Shown: positions 1 through 11,139, numbered from the stretch's first letter. The stretch: 64,000 nucleotides of DNA from an uncultured Chloroflexia bacterium (GCA_963813305.1 CAWEYP010000012.1:11601-75600), one strand, 5' to 3'. Program-made: numbers and translations. Notes: a model not told the origin generated them from the sequence alone.

Positions 1-1
1 C

Positions 2-663
2 TCGGACGCCGACGTGGTGATCGCCGACCCCCTGGTGTCCCGGCGCCACGCGCGCCTCGCGCCGCGGGGCGGGCGCCTCGTCCTGGAGGACCTCGGGAGC
101 ACCAACGGGACCCGCGTCAACGACCAGGTGGTCCGGGAGGCCGTCGTGGCCCCCGGCGACCGGATCCACGTCGGGGCGACCCGCCTCGAGATCGTCGTCC
201 CGTCCGCCGGGTGGCGCCGCGTGACCGACGCCGCCCTCAACCTCGCCCTGTGGGGCGTGCGCCTCGCCTTCCTGGCGCTGCTGTGGCTCGCCCTCGCGCT
301 CATGGCGCGGGCGCTGCTGCGCGACGTGCGCGCCGCGACGCGTGATCCCGCGGCCGCCCTGGGCCGGCTGGTGGTCGTCGCGTCGGCCGGTCAGCCGCCG
401 GCGGGCGCCGTCTTCGCCCTCGATGCGGTGACGACCCTGGGGCGCGACCTCGGCAGCAGCGTGGTGCTCGACGACCCGTACGCGTCGGCCCAGCACGCGG
501 TGCTGACCTTCCGGGGCTCCGCCTGGTACGTGGAGGACCTCGGGAGCACGAACGGCACGTACGTCGCACGGGACGCTCGTGTCGCGGCATCGCTCGCCTC
601 GGCTACGGCGACGAGATCCAGATCGGCGAGGTCCGCATGCGGCTCGAGCGAGGGCGCGGGTGA
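2..663 (+). pseudogene. FHA-domain protein with FHA-TM-FHA architecture; 5' end runs off the window; one frameshift near 595
   Basis: Frame 2 gives VSRRHARL...LEDLGSTNGTRVN (FHA), then the hydrophobic helix ALWGVRLAFLALLWLALALMA, then a second FHA (TLGRDLGSSVVLDDPYASAQHAVL...VEDLGSTNGTYV). The expected C-terminus LGYGDEIQIGEVRMRLERGRG* is in frame 1 and ends at TGA 661-663. Confidence 0.7.
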
Positions 664-664
664 C

Positions 665-2116
665 GTGGGCTGGCGGTCGACGTCGGCGCTCCCGCGCTGC
701 CCGGATTCCCGCGGCCCCGGGCCGCGGCGGCGCGAGCTGCTCCTCCTCGCGGCCGTCGTGGCCGCCCTTGCGGTGGGAAGCCTCTCGCTGGGCCTCCAGC
801 GCACCGGCCGCGTCGAGCTGGCCGATCCGGGTGCGTTCGCGCTCTACGCAGCTGGCCTGCTGGCGGCACACCTCGTCCTGGTCGTCTCCGGGCGGCGCCT
901 CGACGAGGTGATCCTGCCGGCGGCCGCCTTCCTGGGCGGCCTCGGGCTGCTCCTCATGGAGCGGCTCCCGCAGGACCTCGTCGTCCAGGACGTGGGACCC
1001 TGGACGCTCGGGCTCGGCGACCTCCAGCTGCTGTGGCTCGGAGTGGCGCTGACGGTGGCGACGACCGTCGCCGTCGGCCTCCGCTCGGACCGCTGGCTGC
1101 GCCTCTACAAGTACACCTGGGCGGCGGCCGGCGTCGGCGCTCCTGGCGCTGACCTTCGTCTTCGGCTCGGACGTCAACGGCTCACGCCTGACGCTGTCAC
1201 TCGGCCCGTTCAGCGGCCAGCCGTCGGAGCTGCTCAAGGTCATCCTGGTCGTCTTCTTCGCGGCGTACCTCGCCGAGAACAGGGTCCTGCTCGCCGACGC
1301 CCGGGTCCGGCTGGTCGGCCCCGTCACCGTGCCGCCGCTGCCGTACCTGGCGCCGATCGGGGCGATGCTCGCCCTCGCCCTCGTGATCGTGGTCGTCCAG
1401 CGCGATCTCGGGGCGGCGCTCCTCTTCTACGCCGTCTTCCTGGCGCTGCTCTTCCTGGCGACCGGTCGCCGGACCGACGTCGTCCTGGGCCTCCTGCTGT
1501 TCGCCGCCGGGTTCGCCCTGCTGGCGTTCCTCTTCCCGCACGTCCAGCAGCGGATCGCGATCTGGATCGACCCCTGGTCCGACCCGCTGGGGGACGGCTT
1601 CCAGCTGATCCAGGCGCTCCATGCGTTTGCCCGCGGCGGCCTCCTCGGCACCGGCCTGGGCGCGGGCCTGCCGGAGATCGCCGGCCGCCCGCCGATCCCC
1701 GCGGTGCACACCGACTTCCCGCTGGCCGCGATCGGCGAGGAGCTGGGGATGGTCGGGGTCGTCGCCGTGCTGGCCGCCTACCTGGTGATCGTGGAACGGG
1801 GGCTCCGGATCGCCGCCTCGTCGCGCGACGACTTCCGGGCGCTGCTGGCGGCTGGCCTCGCGCTGGTCGTCGGCGTCCAGGCGGCGATCATCGCCGCCGG
1901 GAACCTCAAGCTGATCCCGCTGACCGGCATCACGCTCCCGTTCGTCAGCTACGGCGGGTCGTCCCTCCTGGCCAACGCCCTCGTCGTCGGGATGCTGCTC
2001 GCCCTGTCCGATCGCGGGCCGGCGCCGCCCGCGCCGCCGCGTCCGCCCCGCCTGGCCCGGTTCCGCCGCTGGGCCCGTGCGCGCCTCCCCGGCGGCGTCG
2101 CGAGGCGTCCGCGTGA
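665..2116 (+). pseudogene. rodA: FtsW/RodA/SpoVE (SEDS) family cell-wall polymerase, frameshifted near 1135 and again near the 3' end
   Basis: GTG 665 opens a TM-rich region in frame 2. The family signatures continue in frame 0: LLALTFVFGSDVNGSRLTL, FSGQPSELLKVILVVF, AVHTDFPLAAIGEELGMVG, LPFVSYGGSSLL. The frame-2 stop TGA 2114-2116 overlaps the next ATG (TGATG). Confidence 0.8.
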
Positions 2117-3613
2117 TGCCCCGCGAGCGGCCGCTGGCAGGCCGGATGGTGGGGCTCGCCGTCGCGCTCGTCCTGACCTTCGGCTTCGTGACGGCCGGCG
2201 CGACCTACTGGCAGGTCGTGCGGGCCGACGAGCTGGCCTCGTCGCCGACCGACGCGGCCGTCCTCGCGGCCTCGCGCACCGTCGCCCGGGGCAGGATCCT
2301 CGACCGGGACGGGCGGACGCTGGCGACCAGCCGCAGGGCCGCGGACGGGACGCCGTACCGGGTCTACGCGGACCCGTCGATCAGCCACCCGGTGGGCTAC
2401 GCGTCGGCCCGCTACGGCGCGTCCGGCCTGGAGCTGGCCTACACCGCAGCGCTGACCGGCGCCCGGGGCGGCGACCCGCTCTCGCGCGCGCTGGCCAAGT
2501 TCCTGCCCCCGGAGGATCGACGACAGCGACCTCCACACGTCGCTCTCGCTGGCGTTCCAGCGCCTGGCCGTGCGGCTCCTCGGCAAGGACCGGGGCGCGG
2601 TGGTGATGCTGGATCCGCGGACCGGCGAGATCCTCGCCATGGCCTCCACGCCGACGTTCGACGCCTCGGCGATCGCCGATCCGGCGACCGCCCGCGACGA
2701 CGTTCGAGGCGCTGCGCGCCGCCGCCGACGCTCCGCTGCTGAACCGGGCGACGCTCGGCCGCTACGTCCCGGGCTCCGTCTTCAAGATCGTGACGGCGAT
2801 CGCCGGCCTGGGGAGCGGCTCGGTCGCCCCGACGACGACCTACCCGGAGCAGCCGGGGGCGGAGGAGGACGGCCTCGTCGTGGACGGCTTCACGATCCGC
2901 GACGGCCACCACCCGTTCACCGGGAACCAGGCGCTCGACCTGCGTCGACGCGACCGAGGTCTCCTGCAACATCTGGTACGCCCTCGACGGGGCTCGACGA
3001 CCGGCGGGGCGAACCTTGACGCCTTCGCCCGGCGCCTCGGGTTCGGCGCGCGCGCTCCCGTTCGACCTCCCGACGGCGATCTCGCAGCTGACCAACGGCG
3101 GCGGGTCGCTGCCGGGCGGCTTCGCAGACGACGTCGAGCTGGCCAACGCCGCCTACGGCCAGGGCGAGGTGCTCGCCACGCCGCTCCAGATGGCCCTCGT
3201 CGCGGCCGCCGTGGCGAACGGCGGCGAGCTGATGGAGCCGCGGCTCGTGACGTCGCTGGTGGACGCGAGGGGGTCGCGTGACGACGATCGAGCCGCGGTC
3301 GATGGGCCGGGTGCTCGACGGCTCGGCCAACGCGGCGCATCGTCGAGGCGATGACGCGCGCCGTGGAGGGCGAGTACGGCCGGCTCTTCACGGAGGGCGC
3401 GAAGGTGCCGGGCGTGCCGACGGCGGGCAAGTCGGGCACGGCCCAGCTGGGCGGCGAGCGGCGAGCCCCATTCCTGGTTCATCGGCTTCGCGCCCGCCAG
3501 ACGCCCCGACGGTGGCGATCGCGGTGCTCGTCGAGCAGGGCGGGCGGGGCGGCCAGCGGGCGGCCCCGCTGGCCGGCCGGATGCTGCGGGCATACTTCGC
3601 GGCACAGCAATGA
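2116..3613 (+). pseudogene. pbpA: Class B penicillin-binding protein (PbpA/PBP2-type transpeptidase), at least 6 frameshifts
   Basis: Fragments lie in all three frames. They include the N-terminal anchor MVGLAVALVLTFGFV, GAVVMLDPRTGEILAMAS, SxxK as PGSVFKIVTA (~2770), SxN as EVSCNIWY (~2960), KSGT as AGKSGTAQ (~3430), and the C-terminus GRMLRAYFAAQQ* ending at 3613. Confidence 0.8.
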
Positions 3614-3934
3614 GCGACGACCGCCCGAGCCACAGCGGAGCCGCAGCCGCAACGCTGCCGCGCGATTGCCCGCGCCGTCCGCCGTTCCTGCGCCGGAGCC
3701 GTCCCGACGCCGCCCGCGGACCTCGCGCCGGCCGGCGCGGCCGGCCGCCGCGCCCCGCGGCGGCCGCTCGTCGAGCGGGTCGGGATGGCCGCGATCGCGG
3801 CCGTGATGGCGATGCTCTTCGCCGGCGTGGCTGCCCTCTCGTTCGGGTCCGGCGAGCCGTTCCTCGGCGTGATGGCCGCCATCGGGACCCTGATGACGGC
3901 CTGGGTCGGCCTCCTGACGCTGGTGCGCGGCTGA
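3610..3934 (+). pseudogene. Small two-helix membrane protein (hypothetical); needs one frameshift; the minimal intact ORF is 3785-3934
   Basis: ATG 3610 overlaps the PBP stop (ATGA), as at many other junctions in this window. Frame 2 encodes [49 protein letters not shown] with TGA at 3932-3934. Confidence 0.35.
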
Positions 3935-4088
3935 CGACCGCCGACGGCCGCGACTCCCGCTCCGGAACCAATCCGGCCGATCGGTCGTACTATCTGCGGA
4001 CCCCGAGTCCGCCAGCACCGCACGTCGAGCGGGTGTCACGACCCCGGAGCCCACCGTCGGTCGCCCCCGCCGCACCGCGAGGAGCCCG

Positions 4089-5078
4089 ATGACGAAGATC
4101 CAGGAGTCCGGCGACCGGGTCGTCGCGAACGTCGAGCGCGTGATCGTGGGCAAGCACCACGAGGTCCAGCTGGCGCTCGTCGCGCTCCTGTGCCGGGGCC
4201 ACCTCCTGATCGAGGACGTGCCCGGGACCGGCAAGACCGTCCTGGCGAAGGCGATCGCGCGGAGCCTGGGCTGCACGTTCCGGCGCATCCAGTTCACGCC
4301 GGACCTGCTGCCGTCCGACGTCACCGGCCTCTCGATCTACAACCAGAAGACCCAGGAGTTCGAGTTCCGGCCGGGCCCGATCATGGCCCAGGTGGTCCTC
4401 TCCGACGAGATCAACCGGGCGACCCCGAAGACCCAGTCGGCCCTCCTCGAGTGCATGGAGGAGCGCCAGGCGACGATCGACGGCATCAGCCACATGATGC
4501 CCGACCCGTTCCTGGTCATCGCGACCCAGAACCCGATCGAGTACGAGGGCACCTTCGCCCTGCCCGAGGCGCAGCTGGACCGGTTCCTGCTCCGCCTGCG
4601 GATGGGCTATCCGACGCCGACCGAGGAGATCGTGATCCTCGACGAGCAGAAGCGGATCCACCCCCTCGACGCCCTGGCCGAGGTCTGCCCCGTCAACGAG
4701 CTCCGCGAGATGCAGGCGGCCGTCCGCGAGATCTACGTCGACGCCAGCGTCTCGGAGTACATCGTCCGCCTGGTCAACGCCACCCGGACCCACCCCGACG
4801 TCTACCTGGGCGCCTCGCCCCGCGGCAGCATCGCCCTGTACCGGGCCGGCCAGGCCCGCGCCGCCCTCCTCGGCCGGGACTACGTGATCCCCGACGACGT
4901 CAAGGTGCTGGCCGGGCCGGCGCTGGCCCACCGGCTCATCATCAAGACCAGCTCGTCGATCCGCGAGGTCGATTCGGAGACCGTGGTCCGCGAGCTGCTC
5001 GAGACCGTCCCGGTCGACGCCCCGACCCGGCCCGGCGGCCCGCGCCGGATCGAGCCGGAGGAGTCGCGAGCCCGCTAG
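4089..5078 (+). CDS. moxR: MoxR-family AAA+ ATPase
   Basis: Intact 329-aa ORF with GAGGAG just upstream of the ATG. Walker A is [13 protein letters not shown] and Walker B is [20 protein letters not shown]. The layout is typical of MoxR/AAA_3. Confidence 0.9.
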   Translation: MTKIQESGDRVVANVERVIVGKHHEVQLALVALLCRGHLLIEDVPGTGKTVLAKAIARSLGCTFRRIQFTPDLLPSDVTGLSIYNQKTQEFEFRPGPIMAQVVLSDEINRATPKTQSALLECMEERQATIDGISHMMPDPFLVIATQNPIEYEGTFALPEAQLDRFLLRLRMGYPTPTEEIVILDEQKRIHPLDALAEVCPVNELREMQAAVREIYVDASVSEYIVRLVNATRTHPDVYLGASPRGSIALYRAGQARAALLGRDYVIPDDVKVLAGPALAHRLIIKTSSSIREVDSETVVRELLETVPVDAPTRPGGPRRIEPEESRAR

Positions 5079-5112
5079 GGCACGCGGGACTCGTCACCAG
5101 AGGGGGCCGGCC

Positions 5113-6366
5113 GTGCACATCCTGCGCCGCCTGCCGTTCCTGATCGTCGCGACGGTCCTCGTCGTGGCGGCCTTCAGCACGGGCGCCCCGTTCCTCTTCT
5201 TCCTGGTCTACCTGGGCCTCGCCGTGCTGGGCGGCAGCTACCTCGTGACGCGCTTCGGCCTGACCGACCTGGAGGCCGGCTACGCGGTCAACCAGCTCCA
5301 GGCGCACGTCGGCGAGGTGCTGCGGGCCACGTACACGCTGCGCAGCACCAGCCGGATCCCGAAGCTCTGGCTGGAGGTCCACAACCCGTCCACGCTGCCC
5401 GTGCCGCTCCCCGGCCGCGTCATCTCGCTGGGCCCGCACGGCGAGCGCTCCTGGATCGCCAAGGTCCCGCTGGGCCGGCGCGGCCACTTCCGGGTGGACC
5501 CGCTCCAGATCCGGACCGGCGACCCGTTCGGCTTCTTCGAGGCGAGCGCGACCGTCGGCCACGGCCTCACGCTGGTCGTCTACCCGCGGATGGAGCCGAT
5601 CCCGCGCTGGCGCCTGCAGGCGGTCAGCCTGGAGGGGAGCCGCTCCACGCCCGTGCGGACGCAGCAGACGACGCCGCTGGCGACCTCGGTCCGCCCGTAT
5701 GCCCCAGGCGACGGGTTCAACCGGATCCACTGGCCCTCGACGGCCCGGACGGGCGAGATCCAGGTCAAGGAGTTCGACCTCGAGCAGACCGCGGACGTCT
5801 GGATCATCCTCGACCTGCAGCGCGGATCGCAGGTGGGGACCGGCGACGACAGCACGGTCGAGGTCGGCGTGCGCGTCGCCGCGGCGATCGCCGAGCGGGC
5901 GATCGAGGAGAACCGGGCGGTCGCCCTCACGACGACGGGCAGCCGCGTCACGGTGCTCCCGCCGGACCGCGGCCCGCGCCAGCGCCAGAAGATCCTCCAG
6001 CTGCTGGCCGCCGTCGACGGCGACGGCGGCACGCCGCTCGCGGAGGCGCTCGTCGCCGGGCTCCCGCTCCTGCGGCGCGGCATGTCCGCGATCGTGATCA
6101 CCGCCTCCACGGAGATCGGCTGGGTCCGTCCGCTGGCCACGCTGCGGCCGCGCGGGATCGGCTGCCAGGTGATCTGGCTGGACCCGGCGGTCTTCGCGCG
6201 CTACGCGGCCCAGGTCGACGGGAGCATCGGCGACCCGGTGACGGCCGCGGCGCTCGCGGAGCGCGAGACGGCATCCCGGAACACGCGGCACGGGATCGCC
6301 GAGTTCGACATCCGCACCCATGCCGTCCCGCCGGGCGTCCCGCTGGGGGAGGTCCTCGCCGGATGA
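5113..6366 (+). CDS. DUF58 domain protein (MoxR partner)
   Basis: Intact 417-aa ORF with N-terminal TM helices. DUF58 motifs are present: VDPLQIRTGDPFGFF and VRPYAPGDGFNRIHWPSTARTGEIQVKEF. Confidence 0.85.
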   Translation: MHILRRLPFLIVATVLVVAAFSTGAPFLFFLVYLGLAVLGGSYLVTRFGLTDLEAGYAVNQLQAHVGEVLRATYTLRSTSRIPKLWLEVHNPSTLPVPLPGRVISLGPHGERSWIAKVPLGRRGHFRVDPLQIRTGDPFGFFEASATVGHGLTLVVYPRMEPIPRWRLQAVSLEGSRSTPVRTQQTTPLATSVRPYAPGDGFNRIHWPSTARTGEIQVKEFDLEQTADVWIILDLQRGSQVGTGDDSTVEVGVRVAAAIAERAIEENRAVALTTTGSRVTVLPPDRGPRQRQKILQLLAAVDGDGGTPLAEALVAGLPLLRRGMSAIVITASTEIGWVRPLATLRPRGIGCQVIWLDPAVFARYAAQVDGSIGDPVTAAALAERETASRNTRHGIAEFDIRTHAVPPGVPLGEVLAG

Positions 6367-8675
6367 GCGCCGCCCGGACCCCGTTCGACCTCGGCGCCAG
6401 CTACACGGCCTCGCAGGCCGCCGAGCGGCGCATCCCGCTCGCGCCCGCCGAGGGCTGGTCGAGCATCCTGCTGCTCGTCCTGATGTGCGCCATCCTGGGA
6501 TGGGCCGTCGACGACGCCCAGTGGGTGCTGGGCGACCAGTCGAACACGGACTTCCTGCCATGGGCCGGGGCCTTTGCGGTGCTCTGGGGGTTCGCGGCGG
6601 CGAAGCTCGGGCGCGGCCGGCTCGTGGCGCACGGCCTCGGCGCGATCATCGGCGTGGCGTTCCTGCTGTACGCCGTCGGGAGCCAGCTCGCGCCCGGCGA
6701 GGACCTGGCGACGATGATCCGGGTCACCGCCGACGGCGTCTGGGGCGCCGTCGACGACCTGGTCATCCGCGGCCGCGCGACGACCCAGGAGATCTCGCAC
6801 TACCTGTTGGTGCTCGGCGGCCTCGTGTGGGCGACGGGCCAGTTCGCCGGCTACGCGGCATACGCCCACCATCGCCCGCTGTCGGCGGTGGTCCTCCCCG
6901 GCACGATCCTGGTCCTCAACGTGTCGATCACGATCCTCAACCAGTACGCCGCGCTGGCCCTGTTCTGCCTCGCGGCGCTGCTCTTCCTGGTCCGCTTCCA
7001 CGTCGCCGACGAGCAGCGGGCGTGGGCGCGCCACCGGATCGCCGACGTCGGCAACGCAGTCGGCCTGTCGCTGCGGGCCGGGCTCGCCTTCGTCGCGCTG
7101 GCGCTGGTCGGGAGCCTGGTGCTGACGTCGTTCGCGAGCTCGGCGCCGCTCGCGGGCTGGTGGCAGGGGCTCGACCAGCGCTTCATCGACTTCGGGACGC
7201 AGCTGGCCCGCTACTTCCCGTCCGGCGGGCCGGGCACGAGCCTTGGGTCGGCTAGCTTCGGCGACACGGTGACGATCGAGGGCAAGTGGACGTCGGACGC
7301 CACGCCGGTCCTCTCCATCAGGACCGAGCCCGACGCCCCGCGGCAGAAGTGGCGGGCCGCCACCTACGAGACGCTGGTCGCGAGCCAGTGGAGCCACGGC
7401 GGAGCGGACGTCTCCGTGCCGGCGAGCGAGGCCCTCCTCGCCGGGACGTCGGAGCTGCCGACGGAGACGGTGGCCACGATCCCGATGACCTACACGGTCA
7501 CCGGGATCCGCGGCGACCCCGGGCCGCTCTTCGCGCCGGGCTATCCCGCTTCGGTGGACCGTCCGTCGCGCGTGAGGATCGTTGGAGAGGAGTGGTTCGG
7601 CGGCGCCCGCGTCGACGGGGCGCGGTCGTACACGGCGACGGTGGCGATCCCGATCGTCACCGAGGGCGTCGACGGCGCGCTGACCGCGAACCGCCTGCGC
7701 GCCGCCGGCACCGCCTACACCCTCGGGATGCGGGCCATCTACCTCGACCTGCGGCCCGGGACGGCCGAGGGCGACGTGAAGGCGCTCCTCGGGACGATCC
7801 TCGAGGAGTCCAAGGCCACGAACCCCTACGACATCGCCCGGGCGATCGAGCGCCAACTCGGCGATCCCACGATGTTCGAGTACGACCCGGACGTCCTCGA
7901 CGTCGACTGTGGCGGGCGCGGCATGGCCGACTGCTTCGTCTTCTCCCGCAGGGGGTACTGCGAGCACTTCGCGACGACGATGGTCGTGATGCTCCGCCTC
8001 GCGGGGGTCCCGGCACGGATGGTCGAGGGGTTCCTCCCGGGCGAACGCGACGCGTCGTCGGGCATCGAGACGATCACCAAGGCCCAGGCTCACGCCTGGG
8101 TCGAGGTCTTCTTCCCCGGCTACGGGTGGGTGGACTTCGATCCGACGGCGAGCGTCGGCCAGCCGCAGGCCATCGACGACGGCCCGCCGGTGGCGACCCC
8201 GACGCCCGGGCCAAGCGGGGCCGGCACCACGCCCCGGCCAAGCGTCCGCGACCCGCGCGACGAGCCGGCGGGCCCCACGGGCGGCAGCACGACGCCGCGA
8301 ACGCCGGGCATGGGGCCGATCATCCTGGTCATCATCCCGCTGGCGGCGGTCGCGCTGGTGCTCGGCGTCCGCTGGTTCCGCCGGCGTCTCGCGCGCCCGG
8401 TCCAGCCCGAGATCGTCTACCGGACGGTCGCGGCGATGGCCGGCCGCCTGGGCCACCCGCGCCGCCCCACCCAGACCGTGTACGAGTACCTCGGGACGCT
8501 GTCCGACGCGGTCCCGACCGCCCGGCCGGAGCTGCAGCTGGTCGGCCGATCCACGGTCGAGACGACCTACGGCCGGCGCACGCTCGGCCCCGACCGCCTG
8601 GCTGCCCTGGGCGAGGCCCAGCGCCGGCTCCGCTTCGCGCTCCTGCGGCTCCTCCTCCCCCGCCGCCGCCGATAG
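6363..8675 (+). CDS. Transglutaminase-like membrane protein (polytopic N-terminus, TGase core, C-terminal TM)
   Basis: ATG 6363 overlaps the DUF58 stop (ATGA). The TGase catalytic core is RRGYCEHFATTMVVMLRLAGVPARMVEGF...AHAWVEVFFPGYGWVDFDPT (Cys-His-Asp). Confidence 0.85.
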   Translation: MSAARTPFDLGASYTASQAAERRIPLAPAEGWSSILLLVLMCAILGWAVDDAQWVLGDQSNTDFLPWAGAFAVLWGFAAAKLGRGRLVAHGLGAIIGVAFLLYAVGSQLAPGEDLATMIRVTADGVWGAVDDLVIRGRATTQEISHYLLVLGGLVWATGQFAGYAAYAHHRPLSAVVLPGTILVLNVSITILNQYAALALFCLAALLFLVRFHVADEQRAWARHRIADVGNAVGLSLRAGLAFVALALVGSLVLTSFASSAPLAGWWQGLDQRFIDFGTQLARYFPSGGPGTSLGSASFGDTVTIEGKWTSDATPVLSIRTEPDAPRQKWRAATYETLVASQWSHGGADVSVPASEALLAGTSELPTETVATIPMTYTVTGIRGDPGPLFAPGYPASVDRPSRVRIVGEEWFGGARVDGARSYTATVAIPIVTEGVDGALTANRLRAAGTAYTLGMRAIYLDLRPGTAEGDVKALLGTILEESKATNPYDIARAIERQLGDPTMFEYDPDVLDVDCGGRGMADCFVFSRRGYCEHFATTMVVMLRLAGVPARMVEGFLPGERDASSGIETITKAQAHAWVEVFFPGYGWVDFDPTASVGQPQAIDDGPPVATPTPGPSGAGTTPRPSVRDPRDEPAGPTGGSTTPRTPGMGPIILVIIPLAAVALVLGVRWFRRRLARPVQPEIVYRTVAAMAGRLGHPRRPTQTVYEYLGTLSDAVPTARPELQLVGRSTVETTYGRRTLGPDRLAALGEAQRRLRFALLRLLLPRRRR

Positions 8676-8703
8676 CCGGGCGGCTGAGCGGCGAGGCTGC
8701 CGC

Positions 8704-9546
8704 CTACAGCGCTCCGGTGCGGGCGCGCTCGGCGGCGGCGTCCTCCTCGGCGCGGGTCGCCTCGGAGGACTCGATCTCGAGCGGCGCCAGGTGCTCCGTA
8801 CGGTTCCAGGCCCGCAGGATCGTCCGCCCGTTGCGGATGTCGAGGACCGCGATGCCGGTGGTCGTCTGGGTGAAGGTCCAGAACCGGTCGAGCGGGAGGC
8901 CCAGGAGCGCCAGCAGGGCAACCTTGAACGCCCCGTCGTGACCGACGAGGACCGTCCACGGCCCGGCGTGCGGGTCGTAGTAGGACGGGGTGCCGGCCGG
9001 GCCGGGGCCGCCGGCCGCGGTGAGCTCCTCGAGCACGCGCGCGAGCGCCGCCCGGACCCGGACGTCCACCTCGCCAAGCGACTCGCCGCCGGGGGCGTGG
9101 ACGCGCACCGGGTCGCGCCGCCAGCCGGCGATCTCGGTGGGGTAGCGCTCCTCGACCTCGCGCTGGAAGAGGCCCTCCCATGCGCCCTGGGCGATCTCGG
9201 CGAGGCCCGGCTCGGGTCGGAGAGGCGGAACCGGGCGGCCGCCAGAGGCGAACGCCGCGGCCACGGCCTCGGCGGTCTCGCGCGTCCGGGCGAGGGGCGA
9301 ATGGACGATCGCGGTGGGCTCGCCCGCCGGGACGGGCAGGCGCGGCGGCGCGTCCGGGGCGGCCAGCCGCGCCCCGGCGAGCCCAGCCTGGCGGAGACCC
9401 AGGGGCGAGAGCGGCGTGTCAGCCCGCCCCTGGAAGCGGCCCTCCGCGAGCCAGATCGACTGGCCGTGGCGCAGGAGGACGAGCGTCGCCGCGAGCTTCG
9501 GCGGGACGGCCAGCGGGGCCGGCGCGCGCGTGCCGTGGTCGGTCAC
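8704..9546 (-). CDS. Histidine phosphatase superfamily protein (dPGM/phosphoserine-phosphatase-like)
   Basis: GTG 9546 overlaps the serA stop (GTGA). It has the RHG motif LVLLRHGQSIW and the second catalytic His in LVGHDGAFK. Confidence 0.8.
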   Translation of the reverse strand: MTDHGTRAPAPLAVPPKLAATLVLLRHGQSIWLAEGRFQGRADTPLSPLGLRQAGLAGARLAAPDAPPRLPVPAGEPTAIVHSPLARTRETAEAVAAAFASGGRPVPPLRPEPGLAEIAQGAWEGLFQREVEERYPTEIAGWRRDPVRVHAPGGESLGEVDVRVRAALARVLEELTAAGGPGPAGTPSYYDPHAGPWTVLVGHDGAFKVALLALLGLPLDRFWTFTQTTTGIAVLDIRNGRTILRAWNRTEHLAPLEIESSEATRAEEDAAAERARTGAL

Positions 9547-11139
9547 TCGGCCGGCTCGAGGTCGATGACCCACTGGTCGGTGACGCCGTCGATCGCCCGC
9601 AGGGCGGCCTCCGTCGTCGCCGGGACCGGGTCGTCGAGGGCCAGGAACATCACCGCGTCGCTGCGCGGCGCGCTCCGGCCCAGGTGCATCGCGCTGATGT
9701 TGACGTCGGCCGCGCCGAGCGTGCTCCCGACGCGGCCGATCATGCCGGGACGGTCCTGGTGCCGCGAGACGAGCATCCACGGCGCCGGGGCGACGTCGAG
9801 CCAGTAGTCGTCGAGCCGGACGAAGCGCGGTTCGCCGTTCGCCAGCGTGCCGGCAACCGTCCGCTCGGCCCCGTCCGATCCGGTCCCGGAGATCGTCACG
9901 AGCGTCGCGAACGGCCCGGCGTCGGGCGTCTTGCGCTCCACGATCGTGATCCCGCGGGCCTTGGCCAGGATCCCGGCGTTCACCAGGTTCACCCGCTCGT
10001 TCGTGACGCCCTGGAGGAGGCCGCGCAGCACGGCGGCCTGGAGCGGCGTCACGTCGTGCTCGGCCAGCTCGCCGGCGACCTCGAGGGTCACGGTCCGGAC
10101 GCCGCCCCGCGAGTACTGGGCATAGAAGCGGCCCAGCATCTCGGCCAGCGGGAGGTAGGGGGCGATCGCTCGCGCCGTCTCCGGCGTGAGCAGCGGGGCG
10201 TTCACGGCGTAGCGGGCCGGGCGCCCCTCGAGGACCTCCAGCACCTGCTGCGCCGCCTCCTCGGCGACGGCGACCTGGGCCTCCGCCGTCGAGGCGCCCA
10301 GGTGCGGTGTGAGGACGGTGTTCGGCGCCGCCAGGAGCGGGTTGTCGGCCGCGGGGGGCTCGGTGGAGTAGACGTCGATCGCCGCTCCAGCGATCGTCCC
10401 CGTCGCCAGGGCGTCGGCGAGGGCCGCCTCGTCGACGACGCCGCCCCGGGCGACGTTGAGGAGGAACGCGGTCGGCTTCATGCGGGCCAGCTGGGCCGCG
10501 CCGATCATGCCGGCCGTCGTGCCTTGGTCTTGGGGACGTGAAGGGTCACCACGTCGCTCCGCGTCGAGGAGCTCCTCGAAGGGGACCAGCTCGATGCCGT
10601 GGTTGGCGGCTGCCTCGGACGGTGACGTACGGGTCGCTGCCGAGGACGGTCATCTCCATCGCCCGGGCCCGGTCGGCGATCGCCCCGCCGATCTTGCCCG
10701 AGCCCGACGATGCCCAGCATCTTGCCGCGCAGCTCGACGCCCGTGAAGGCGCTCCGCTTCCACTCGCCGCGCCGGATCGACGCGTCGGCGGCGGCCACCT
10801 TGCGGGCCAGGGCGAACATCAGGGCCAGGGTGTGCTCGGCCGCGGCGATCGTGTTGCCCGGTCGGCGCGTTGACGACGGTGATGCCGGCGTGGGTCGCGG
10901 CGTCGAGGTCGACGTTGTCGACGCCGACGCCCGGCCCGCCCGATCACCGACAGCCGGGTCCCGGCCGCGATCATCGCCGCGTCCACCTTGACCTGGCTGC
11001 GGACGAGGAGGGCGTCGTACTCGGGCAGGATGGCCTGGTACTCCGCCGACGTGAGGCCGATCCGCTCGTCGACCTCGTGGTGCTGGCGCAGGAGCTCGAC
11101 GCCCGATTGGGCGAGCGGCTCGGCGACGAGGATCTTCAT
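9543..11139 (-). pseudogene. serA: D-3-phosphoglycerate dehydrogenase, at least 5 frameshifts
   Basis: The N-terminus MKILVAEPLAQSGVELL starts at ATG 11139, overlapping the upstream stop (ATGA). Later motifs are MLGIVGLG, NVARGGVVDE, IDVYSTEP and LTPHLGAST, plus a C-terminal ACT domain (RPGMIGRVGSTLGAADVNISAMHLGR). The pieces lie in three frames. Confidence 0.85.

Noticed and set aside
3610-4092. A 160-aa Arg-rich ORF between the PBP and moxR.
   Set aside because: Beyond its first few codons the translation is compositionally non-protein-like. The hydrophobic two-helix peptide in frame 2 (ending at 3934) is the only plausible product, and the rest is the moxR 5' region with a TACTAT hexamer at 3988-3993.
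6201-9077. Very long antisense or out-of-frame ORFs. Examples are 958 aa at 6201-9077(-), 1006 aa at 10819-13839(-), 844 aa at 26699-29233(-), 629 aa at 15616-17505(-), 811 aa at 49172-51607(-) and 815 aa at 61081-63528(-).
   Set aside because: Their translations are low-complexity Arg/Pro/Gly/Ala strings with no family motifs. They lie opposite genes with clear motifs. Stop codons are simply rare in such GC-rich DNA.
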